From: Pachysolen tannophilus NRRL Y-2460
Taxonomy: Eukaryota
Assembly (NCBI GenBank): GCA_001661245.1
Contig: KV454018.1
Coordinates: 927,629 to 947,628 of the forward strand
DNA: 20,000 bases
Direction: 5' to 3'
How positions within the stretch are numbered: the first letter of the stretch is position 1; every line of letters begins with the position of its first letter. Shown in pieces: positions 1-8,109 of the stretch. The notes under the pieces are model-generated. The model was not told the origin of the DNA. It ran no database searches and saw nothing but the letters and a program-made list of their open reading frames with translations. The position numbers were made by a program, and so were the translations under genes.

Positions 1-462
1 CATTGTTGAAAGTAAACCATGAATAGCGTAAACTTCAGGCCTAAGATCCAAAGGTGCTAATTGTGCTATTGAAGCTTCTTCAACTGATTTAAAAGGACCA
101 GTTTCGTCTCCAGAAGGTGAAATGACACCCACAATTGCAGCAAATAACAAAATTATGAAATTATCGATTGGTGAGGCAAATATTATACCACTTATCATCA
201 TCAACAATGTTCCTATGATCATAACATTTTTCCTTCCTATCTTATCACCATACCAAGTGAGATTATACGAAATTGCCGAATCTCCAAGTAAACTCAACGT
301 CATAAATAGTCCAATATTGGATTCAGATATGTTCAAACTTTTCAAATATAATGTCAATATTTGGTTTGTCAGACCATAAGAAGTCAACCTGATAAACACA
401 GAAGCCCATAGTATGCGTATATCACTGGATGAGCTTTGAAGTGTCTCCACAATATGAACCAT
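1..462 (-). CDS. MFS transporter, YJR124C-like; 5' part only, continues beyond the window start
   Basis: Not in the ORF track. Manual translation from ATG (CAT at 460-462, in-frame stop just upstream): MVHIVETLQSSSSDIRILWASVFIRLTSYG[CTG]TNQILTLYLKSLNISESNIGLFMTLSLLGDSAISYNLTWYGDKIGRKNVMIIG...GVISPSGDETGPFKSVEEASIAQL. It has hydrophobic helices, MFS motif A (GDKIGRK) and the GVISPSxxExGPFxSxEEA motif I recall from the YJR124C family. Confidence 0.85.
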   Translation of the reverse strand, partial: MVHIVETLQSSSSDIRILWASVFIRLTSYGLTNQILTLYLKSLNISESNIGLFMTLSLLGDSAISYNLTWYGDKIGRKNVMIIGTLLMMISGIIFASPIDNFIILLFAAIVGVISPSGDETGPFKSVEEASIAQLAPLDLRPEVYAIHGLLSTM

Positions 463-797
463 TACAGAAGCATCTATATTCCCAAATATTCACTTTATTT
501 TCTATTTCTTACTTTAAAAATATCAACTACAATCCATCAGAGGAATTATCTCTTTACCTTCATCCAGAGTTAGCAGTTAAAGCCGTCTTATTAAAGTCGC
601 TTTTTTTCACAAAAGATTTCTCGCTTAATTTTTTTTTTTTTTCTTTTTTTTCACAAAAAGCGTAAACCCCGAAAATGAAAACGGCTGCGACCCCACTTGA
701 TGATGGAAAAGATGAAATACAACGACAATACGATGATGAGTATTTAATATCATAGAAGATTACGTTATTTTATCTTTGGACAGAACATTGTCGTCAG

Positions 798-910
798 ATT
801 AAGCATTACCCAAGAGATTCTATTTATGACTAATCGTTACAAATTTTCAAAATAAATTGAAAAGTAAAGTAAAGTAAAGTAAAGTAAAAAAAAAAAAAAA
901 AAGAAAAAAA
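798..910. repeat. Copy 1 of a ~113-bp sequence duplicated on both sides of the N gap; includes (AAAGT)n and poly-A
   Basis: ATTAAGCATTACCCAAGAGATTCTATTTATGACTAATCGTTACAAATTTT... reappears at 1213. Confidence 0.95.
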
Positions 911-1212
911 NNNNNNNNNNNNNNNNNNNNNNNNNNNNNNNNNNNNNNNNNNNNNNNNNNNNNNNNNNNNNNNNNNNNNNNNNNNNNNNNNNNNNNNNNN
1001 NNNNNNNNNNNNNNNNNNNNNNNNNNNNNNNNNNNNNNNNNNNNNNNNNNNNNNNNNNNNNNNNNNNNNNNNNNNNNNNNNNNNNNNNNNNNNNNNNNNN
1101 NNNNNNNNNNNNNNNNNNNNNNNNNNNNNNNNNNNNNNNNNNNNNNNNNNNNNNNNNNNNNNNNNNNNNNNNNNNNNNNNNNNNNNNNNNNNNNNNNNNN
1201 NNNNNNNNNNNN
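911..1212. other. Assembly gap (302 N)
   Basis: Run of N in the sequence. Confidence 1.
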
Positions 1213-1326
1213 ATTAAGCATTACCCAAGAGATTCTATTTATGACTAATCGTTACAAATTTTACAAAATAAATTAGAAAAGTAAAGTAAAGTAAAGTAAA
1301 AGTAAAAAANAAAAAAAAGAAAAAAA
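1213..1326. repeat. Copy 2 of the gap-flanking duplication
   Basis: Matches 798-910 apart from small indels in or next to A runs and one N. Confidence 0.95.
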
Positions 1327-1335
1327 GAAAGAAGT

Positions 1336-4300
1336 TCATCTATGGAAACCGAATTGGTTCATTACACTGTCAATATCTTTCCATAACACATCTGAGTCCC
1401 AGTTATCTGCGTCAAAGTCAAATCCGTTCAAAGGTGAGTCATTTTCGACGTTTTCTGCTTTGAATGGTTGTGATTCAGTGCTATTGTTTATTCTTTCATC
1501 TAAGTTGAGGGTATCCAGAACAACAATGTCATTATTTTTGTCTCTATTTGTGTTTTCCCTTTCTTTTTTATTGAAAGATGTTCTTTTTTTGTTAGAGACC
1601 AGAGCAGAGTTTTCAATTAAGGCCAGATCATCAGTTGGAACTTGATTTGATTGAATATTTTTATTCTCAGTTTCTGTTAATTTTGCAGTTTTCCCATTAT
1701 TATCACTATTGTTGGAGTTTGTAATATTTGTTTTCATTTCAACAACTTTATCAACATTATTATTATCTTGTATTTGCAGGTTTGTAATCTTATTTACATC
1801 TTCAGAGCTTTTTCTTGAACTCTCTAATTTCGACAGGTCGGACAGCTGTCTAGATACAACTTGATTTTTTGGGGAGACGGAGCTACCCAACGATGGCGAA
1901 AGATTATTTGGATTGATCACTTTTTGTAAAAAACTTGATGTAACAGAATTTGCTCTATCATCATTATATTCCTCTGTGTTATTGATTGAAATTGGACGAG
2001 GATCCAAGGGAATTGTTCTAATGATTTTTCTTGCTGATGATTCCGGGTTTAAAGTAGAAGACAAAGTTCTTTGTTTTCTTTTGAAACTTGAACTACTGGT
2101 TGATGACTGTGGTGTGCGGTTATTACCCTCATTTTCATGATGACTTTCAGAGTAAGATGATTCCGAATCTTCGTCATCATCGTCTTCATCTTCGTCAATA
2201 GCATTTTCATTGAAATCATCATCTTTATCGTTGACAACAGCAATGTCATTATTATTATTATTGTTATTATTATTATTTTTGCTATTAATATTATTATTCT
2301 CATTTGAATTTTGAGTAGGACTCAACTTAATCATTCCACATTGTTCTCTTAAAACCCATAAACAATCAAAAAATATAGAAGCGCACATACGAGTTCTAAT
2401 GGTTACACTGACGTTCTGAACATTTCCCTTTTCATTAAGAATTCTGAATAAAGCCCACATATTCCTCATTATACCAGAAGATCTATAAGCCATATCATGC
2501 TTTAAGACAGATGCCTTCAATGCTAGCTTTATTGCATGTTGATATAATTCCTTACCAGCTCCAACATCTAGTACATCACTATAAGGTGAATTTATTAATC
2601 TCGCAATAATACAAGCTGCTTGCCAAATAGTTAAAATATAAACACCAGGTAAATATCTCACAAATTTTTTATCTCTTATTTGTGAGTTTTGAGAATGTGC
2701 AATCAAAGCCAAAGCAGCATTATAAACTCTGACAAAACCTCTTCTTAGTTCAAATGAAGCTACTTTGGATGTATCCAAGAAATGATAAGTCAATATATGT
2801 AACCTTGTAGATAACAAAGAGAATCTTCTAAGATCATCCAATGGTGAAGTTAAATCAGTACTTAATCTGATTTCTAATTCGTCCAATTGTTCTAGCAATA
2901 TTTGTAACAAAGGTAATCTTTCTGTAGCATCAATTAAACCTAAAGGATCCATCGGATTATTATTCAAAGTTTTTGCAACTTGATCTTCTAAGTGCTGTAT
3001 TTCCATCATTTGTGTCATTACAGCGGGTATCCGAATTTGAGAACCTGGTCTACAAGCAGCCAAAACCGCTGCATCGAATTGAACAAATGCGGGAAAACCA
3101 AATGCAGTAGCTACGGTCTGGCTTACAATGTTACATCCAACCCATGTTCTGATGTGTTCATTCAAGAGTTCTAAATTGTTTTTTTTCAAATTATTGAAAG
3201 AATCTGTTTGACCTGGTGAATGTAATCCAATTCTTATAGCTTGAAATAATGCAATACCTATAGTATGCCATGAAGTGTCTGCTGACAATGAAGAAGTTAA
3301 AGGAGGCCAAAAAGTGTATAGCAACAATGCCTGAACTGAAAACACACTAGATACGTTTAATATTGGTTCATCAACTTCCGAGGGAACATATCTTGTTATC
3401 GGACTGATTGCTATTTCTGCCAACAAGGACTTTAACAATGACGATAGTTTCATGTATAAATCATTGCGTGATGATGAAGAATGCAGGTTGGCATTTACAT
3501 TTGTCTGGGCTGACATATCTGGTGTTTGCGTTACAGATGTATCCTTGGTTAATTTACACCTTCTTAATGAAATAAACATAATTGTCCAAAATAATACGGG
3601 ACAAAGACGATATATTCTTTCTGGACCTTTGCTTATATCAACCACTGGTAAAATTGGATGATAATTTTCACAAAATTCTTTAAATAAAATCTTAATATCT
3701 TCTGGTGATAATGAAACATCACCCAATTGCTTATTTGTACATTTTAATTGATTTTCTGTCAAGAATACATTTCTTTCCATTGACCTTGGCTCTGGTATCT
3801 TATTACCAAATAAATTATTTATATTATTGTCAATACCAGACCTTGCAATAGAAGGCTTATTAGAAGTAGTTTCCTGCAGAAATACTGAACTAGAGCCTGG
3901 TGTTGATTTCATTGAGGTGTATGGTGATGGCAGTCCAGTAGGTAGAGTATTAGTTAAAGGCAGCGGTGAATCAAATCTAGGTGTGGAATAACTATTATTA
4001 TTATGATTATCCAGCAATGCAGATCTTAAAGGAGGTAAGTGAGATTGATACTGAGGTTGAGACTGAGGTTGAGACTGAGACTGAAAATGAGACTGTGTTG
4101 CATAAGGATTTGATTGACGCTGTTGATGATGAAACTTTACTTCAGCATCTGATATTGAAGAAGCTCCTAATAATGAACTATTTCTTTCTAAATTCTGTAA
4201 TAAACCTTGTGCTCCTGCTTCTTGTAACGTCCTTCGTAAGTCGCTGAATTCTTTTTCTATTTGCGCTATCCTTGCTCTCTTATATGTTCTCTTATAATCT

Positions 4301-4716
4301 GGTTTTAAAGTACAGGGCAAATTTCTTTTCACACATCTCGTACATGGATTTGGTTGTTTTTCATATGCATCACACTTTGATTTTTGTTGCCTACATTCAA
4401 CACATGCTAACCTTTTAACCCTCTTACCAGTTGTTGTAGTCAAAACAGTGTTTTTATAGTTACTATCGTTATTAATAGCACTATTTTCAGAATCATAATC
4501 TGTACTACCAGCTTTCATATTATTATTATTACTATTAGTAGTAGTAACCTTGCTAAATAAGTCATCACTGCTACCGGTTTTTAAATTATTGATCTTGTTC
4601 TCAATATCCATATTCTCCAAAACTTTCTGAGGGCTATTAATTACATTAGCCGCCCGTGCCAAAGAATTCAACCCTAAGTGTTCTCCAGTCGGAATGAAAT
4701 CTTTATTATTATTCAT
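1336..4716 (-). CDS. SEF1: Zn(II)2Cys6 transcription factor Sef1, 1126 aa
   Basis: Zinc cluster ACVECRQQKSKCD...PCTRCVKRNLPC, followed by a coiled coil. Leu3/Sef1-type middle region (YHPILPVVD, FWTI, LYTFWP, IWQAACII, RTRMCASIFFDCLW). Acidic C-terminal tail (WDSDVLWKDIDSVMNQFGF). Asn-, Gln- and Asp-rich linkers. The paralog LEU3 cannot be fully excluded without an alignment. Confidence 0.7.
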   Translation of the reverse strand: MNNNKDFIPTGEHLGLNSLARAANVINSPQKVLENMDIENKINNLKTGSSDDLFSKVTTTNSNNNNMKAGSTDYDSENSAINNDSNYKNTVLTTTTGKRVKRLACVECRQQKSKCDAYEKQPNPCTRCVKRNLPCTLKPDYKRTYKRARIAQIEKEFSDLRRTLQEAGAQGLLQNLERNSSLLGASSISDAEVKFHHQQRQSNPYATQSHFQSQSQPQSQPQYQSHLPPLRSALLDNHNNNSYSTPRFDSPLPLTNTLPTGLPSPYTSMKSTPGSSSVFLQETTSNKPSIARSGIDNNINNLFGNKIPEPRSMERNVFLTENQLKCTNKQLGDVSLSPEDIKILFKEFCENYHPILPVVDISKGPERIYRLCPVLFWTIMFISLRRCKLTKDTSVTQTPDMSAQTNVNANLHSSSSRNDLYMKLSSLLKSLLAEIAISPITRYVPSEVDEPILNVSSVFSVQALLLYTFWPPLTSSLSADTSWHTIGIALFQAIRIGLHSPGQTDSFNNLKKNNLELLNEHIRTWVGCNIVSQTVATAFGFPAFVQFDAAVLAACRPGSQIRIPAVMTQMMEIQHLEDQVAKTLNNNPMDPLGLIDATERLPLLQILLEQLDELEIRLSTDLTSPLDDLRRFSLLSTRLHILTYHFLDTSKVASFELRRGFVRVYNAALALIAHSQNSQIRDKKFVRYLPGVYILTIWQAACIIARLINSPYSDVLDVGAGKELYQHAIKLALKASVLKHDMAYRSSGIMRNMWALFRILNEKGNVQNVSVTIRTRMCASIFFDCLWVLREQCGMIKLSPTQNSNENNNINSKNNNNNNNNNNDIAVVNDKDDDFNENAIDEDEDDDDEDSESSYSESHHENEGNNRTPQSSTSSSSFKRKQRTLSSTLNPESSARKIIRTIPLDPRPISINNTEEYNDDRANSVTSSFLQKVINPNNLSPSLGSSVSPKNQVVSRQLSDLSKLESSRKSSEDVNKITNLQIQDNNNVDKVVEMKTNITNSNNSDNNGKTAKLTETENKNIQSNQVPTDDLALIENSALVSNKKRTSFNKKERENTNRDKNNDIVVLDTLNLDERINNSTESQPFKAENVENDSPLNGFDFDADNWDSDVLWKDIDSVMNQFGFHR

Positions 4717-4799
4717 TTAATGAGATGGTGGAGAAATATGTATTATTACTCAATTACTGTGAAGGCTTTTTTTTGCTTCTTTAATGTTTACTTTTTAAA

Positions 4800-4830
<31 letters not shown>

Positions 4831-4877
4831 TTAAAATTAAAATCATCACATCATACACGACCTATTTACCAGTTAGT

Positions 4878-6479
4878 TCAAATTCTAATAGGTGAAAAGC
4901 ATTCACTTTGTTCTATTGATTTATTGAATTCCTTATCAGTTTCTTCATCTATGGAAACCTTATGAGTATCTTTGATGGGGTTTGAATTGTTTGTATTCAT
5001 GAGGTTTGAGTTTGAGTTTTTATTGGTGGTTTTATTGTTATTGTTCAAGATATTTGATATTTCTGATAATGGCAAGTCTTGATTTTTTTTCAATTTTTCC
5101 TGTAATATTAGTTTATTTGTTAATAATTGTAGTGATTTTTCTATATTTCTTATCTTTGAGTTTAATTCTTCTTCTTTGAATGAATTGTTGCTTTTAGGGA
5201 CGTTAGGTACGTTATGGACGTTAGGTACGTTAAAGATGGACTTTGGAGGTGAAGAAGGTATACGTGGTGAAGATTGTAATCTTTGAGTTTTCCGTCTTGC
5301 GGTTTTAAGTTTTCTTTCTTCGATTCTCCTCTTAAGTTGTTTCATTGAATAAGTAGTATTATCGGAACTGGTATTGGCTTCATCTTTATAGATTGTTCCT
5401 ATATTGATCAATTTTTCAGTGTTATCAATATCTTGATTTAATAACTTGTAGTTTTTCAATGAAATAAAATCTGAATTATTTTCTTGATTTTCTTTATTTT
5501 CATTTTTCAATTTTGTTTCTCGTATTAAAGATCTAAGAGAAGCAACTTCTTTCTTGATTAATTCGTTTTCAATCAGTAATTCTTGTTTTTCAATTTCCTT
5601 CCTCAATAATGCTGCTTTATTATCCTTTAATAATTTTTGATTTTCTTCTTCCAATGATATTATTTTCTTGTTTAAATTTTCTAATATTTCTTGTTTTTTC
5701 TGCAATATTTTTAAAACTTCAAAGTTATTATCATTGTCATTTTTAGTGGGTTCTTCAATGTTGCGTCTTTCATTATCTTCCAGTTTAGGTTTATGTTCGG
5801 TTGTTGATTTAATTTCATTGGGTATTTGGGTTATCTTAATATTATTTGCAGTATTTATCTTTGTCTGTAAATAATTTGAATCTTCTTTAGATAATCCCAT
5901 ATTATCTCCTGAACCTAATACCATATTGAAAACGTTAGAGCCAATACCACTTATCAGTGACCATATCATTCCAGTAACAAATTTTGTTAATTTTTTGGAT
6001 CTAGTAGTTTTCAAATTGTTGTTTCTATAGTTTAAATTTTTTTTAATAGAATTCGGCATACCACTTCGATAGTTGGATGTTTTTTTACGAATAGCATAAT
6101 CTTTACCACCGCCAAATGATTTATTATTATTATTATTATTATTGTAATCATATCTATTCCTCAAGATTGATTTCAAAGGTCTTGTAGAAGTTATACAAGA
6201 TTTTTCAAATCTCCCACGTGAACTTGGTCTTAACAAATTCGTTGCCTCCAGAAGATTTGGCTGAACTTCTGGTAATGGAAAATTGCTCGATCTTGATCGA
6301 AGAAATCTTAACGCCTCATCTTTACTTCCTTGTTGTCCCAATGTCAATGTTCGTCCTCCAATTTTTGAATTCTTCAGAAAAGGTTTTAAACCATCATTCA
6401 CACGATGACGGAAATATGGCCTTAACGGCCTTGAATTTGAATTAAAATTATCATTATTATCTCTAATATCATATACCAT
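4878..6479 (-). CDS. Unrecognised 533-aa protein: basic N-terminus, one hydrophobic/amphipathic segment, coiled coil, SP-rich C-terminus
   Basis: 1.6-kb ORF. The first ATG is at 6479 (the ORF track starts at a TTG at 6488). Heptad-like region EVLKILQKKQEILENLNKKIISLEEENQKLL...VASLRSLIRE; segment LTKFVTGMIWSxISGIGSNVFNMVLG. Confidence 0.8.
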   Translation of the reverse strand: MVYDIRDNNDNFNSNSRPLRPYFRHRVNDGLKPFLKNSKIGGRTLTLGQQGSKDEALRFLRSRSSNFPLPEVQPNLLEATNLLRPSSRGRFEKSCITSTRPLKSILRNRYDYNNNNNNNKSFGGGKDYAIRKKTSNYRSGMPNSIKKNLNYRNNNLKTTRSKKLTKFVTGMIWSLISGIGSNVFNMVLGSGDNMGLSKEDSNYLQTKINTANNIKITQIPNEIKSTTEHKPKLEDNERRNIEEPTKNDNDNNFEVLKILQKKQEILENLNKKIISLEEENQKLLKDNKAALLRKEIEKQELLIENELIKKEVASLRSLIRETKLKNENKENQENNSDFISLKNYKLLNQDIDNTEKLINIGTIYKDEANTSSDNTTYSMKQLKRRIEERKLKTARRKTQRLQSSPRIPSSPPKSIFNVPNVHNVPNVPKSNNSFKEEELNSKIRNIEKSLQLLTNKLILQEKLKKNQDLPLSEISNILNNNNKTTNKNSNSNLMNTNNSNPIKDTHKVSIDEETDKEFNKSIEQSECFSPIRI

Positions 6480-6618
6480 TATGAGCAATAGCCTTCGCCC
6501 TAAGTTTCTTCTAGTTAATTCACCACGATTAATTGAAACAAAAATTAGTATAAAGAAATAATAAAATGTAAAAATTATTTGTTTACCTTTTTTTTATCTT
6601 TGTATCATCAAAACCTGT

Positions 6619-6624
6619 ACGCGT
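6619..6624. promoter_or_regulatory. MCB element (ACGCGT) in the divergent promoter between the orphan ORF and DOT5; a second ACGCG core lies at 6700-6704
   Basis: Exact MluI box 140 bp upstream of the orphan ATG, in very CG-poor DNA. Confidence 0.5.
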
Positions 6625-6777
6625 TGTTTTATGTTAATTTTTCAATTTTCTTAATATTTTTTCATTTGGTGCACCGTTTTGATCAATACGCAATTGAAAA
6701 CGCGGATTCGGCCAAATAATGGGGTAATATTGAAAGGCAAGAGGCAACACAACAACATGTTTTTTTTTTCAAATAAT

Positions 6778-6785
6778 TATATAAA
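6778..6785 (+). promoter_or_regulatory. Probable TATA box for DOT5
   Basis: TATATAAA about 55 bp upstream of the ATG at 6833. Confidence 0.4.
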
Positions 6786-6832
6786 AGCATTTGAGTAATT
6801 GTTGAGGGTAGTAAGGTATTTAAGTCCAAGTC

Positions 6833-7501
6833 ATGGTTCGTCGTTCAATTAGGGTTGCAGCTAAAAAGGAAGCTGGTAATGGAGAAAAATTGAAGCAACA
6901 AGTTGTTGATGTTGATACGCCTGAAAGTAGTATTGATGCACCTGTTACAAAGAAAAGTAAAGAAGAACCCCAAATTTCAAAAGATGTTAAAGATGTTAAA
7001 GATGAAGAAGATGAAGAAGATAGTGATGAGGTATCAAACAAGAAATTAGAAATTGGTGATGAAATTCCAGATTTAACTTTTAAAGATCAAGATGAAAATG
7101 ATATCAACTTGAAAGAATTATCAAAAGAAAATAGAATCTTGGTAATATTTGCCTATCCTCGTGCTTCTACACCTGGTTGTACAAGACAAGCTTGTGGATT
7201 TGCTAAGAATTATCCAGATTTAAGTTCAAAGGCAACTTTTATTGGATTATCAGCAGATTCACCAAAGGCTCAAAAAAATTTTGAAGTTAAACAAAAATTA
7301 CCATTTAAATTATTATCTGATCCTAAAAGAGACCTCATCGGGAAACTCGGTGCAAAGAAACATCCTACTGGTATCATAAGATCTCATTGGATCTTTGTTG
7401 ATGGTATTTTAAAAATTTCCAAAGTTGGAATTAGTCCAGAGGCAAGTGTCACTGGAGCTAAACAAGACGTTGAAAAATTAAGTGATGAACTAAAAATTTA
7501 A
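6833..7501 (+). CDS. DOT5: Nuclear thiol peroxidase (BCP/PrxQ peroxiredoxin), 222 aa
   Basis: YPRASTPGCTRQACGF active site (PxxxTxxC with a second Cys), GLSADS, LLSDP, RSHWIF; charged N-terminal extension starting with an RRSxR motif. Confidence 0.93.
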   Translation: MVRRSIRVAAKKEAGNGEKLKQQVVDVDTPESSIDAPVTKKSKEEPQISKDVKDVKDEEDEEDSDEVSNKKLEIGDEIPDLTFKDQDENDINLKELSKENRILVIFAYPRASTPGCTRQACGFAKNYPDLSSKATFIGLSADSPKAQKNFEVKQKLPFKLLSDPKRDLIGKLGAKKHPTGIIRSHWIFVDGILKISKVGISPEASVTGAKQDVEKLSDELKI

Positions 7502-7661
7502 AAAAAAAAAAAAAAAATCTTACTTCTTTCAAATTCCTTTTTCAATCTACTTTTTCTATTTAGTTTTAAAAAATAATTCGTTAATTCAATAATTGATTTA
7601 TGTGAACTAGTTAGTCATTTACTGACCAAGAATCTTTGTAGGTATTAAACATTTCTCTCAT

Positions 7662-7928
7662 TGCAAGGTCGGAGAAGATCTGGAAAAAATTACTGGAGAA
7701 GATCTGGAGAGGAGATTGGAGAAGTTTGAAGAAGTATGGAAATCCGGTTTGAATTTGCATTTATTTTTTTTTCCGAATTATTTTTTTCCGGAACTTTTTT
7801 TTTTTCTTTTTCCGAACTTCTCCAGTATTTTTTCCAAATCTTCTCCAGTTTTTTTTTTTTCCATTTTTTTTTTCTCCAGATTTTCTCCAGATTTTCTCCA
7901 GAAATGTTTTTCCGATCTTCTCCTTGCA
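7662..7928. promoter_or_regulatory. Inverted and tandem repeat array of CTGGAG and CGGA-N-N-A motifs upstream of GDB1
   Basis: 7671-7701 is the reverse complement of 7817-7846 with 1 mismatch and 1 indel. (TTTTCTCCAGA)x3 at 7870-7902. Seven CTGGAG/CTCCAG hexamers. The repeat structure is observed; the regulatory role is inferred. Confidence 0.6.
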
Positions 7929-8109
7929 GGAGGAAACTTGATAAGATAATGGAATGAAAGCAAAAATACAAAGAAAATAAGTGTATATATGAGTAGAGAG
8001 GTTTTTATGTTTCATTTAATTTAAATCTTTATTGGTTAATTAATTGTTGAAATATTGAAAAAAGGTATTGTCAATTTTTTGGCATTAGCATTGGCATTAC
8101 TGGAGTAAG

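Noticed and set aside
122..665. + strand ORFs 122-379 and 429-665
   Set aside because: The first is the antisense shadow of the MFS gene; the second runs through poly-T intergenic DNA with no recognisable motif.
847..1221. 124-aa ORF across the gap
   Set aside because: Artefact of translating N bases.
2150..2310. (ATT)n and (TCA/TCT)n triplet runs in SEF1, with similar runs near 4050-4085 and 6120-6145
   Set aside because: Ordinary coding microsatellites for poly-Asn, Asp/Glu and Gln-rich tracts, common in AT-rich yeasts.
6833..7501. DOT5 ('disruptor of telomeric silencing') and HDA1 near a telomere as a functional silencing cluster
   Set aside because: Dot5 is a peroxiredoxin named for an overexpression phenotype; unrelated genes lie between them and nothing indicates co-regulation.
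7662..7928. Repeat array as a CRISPR array or centromere
   Set aside because: Eukaryotic context with no constant repeat-spacer period; no CDEI/II/III pattern and far too small for a regional inverted-repeat centromere.
7690..8015. Five overlapping K-rich or F-rich ORFs
   Set aside because: By-products of the stop-poor poly-purine/poly-pyrimidine repeat array upstream of GDB1.
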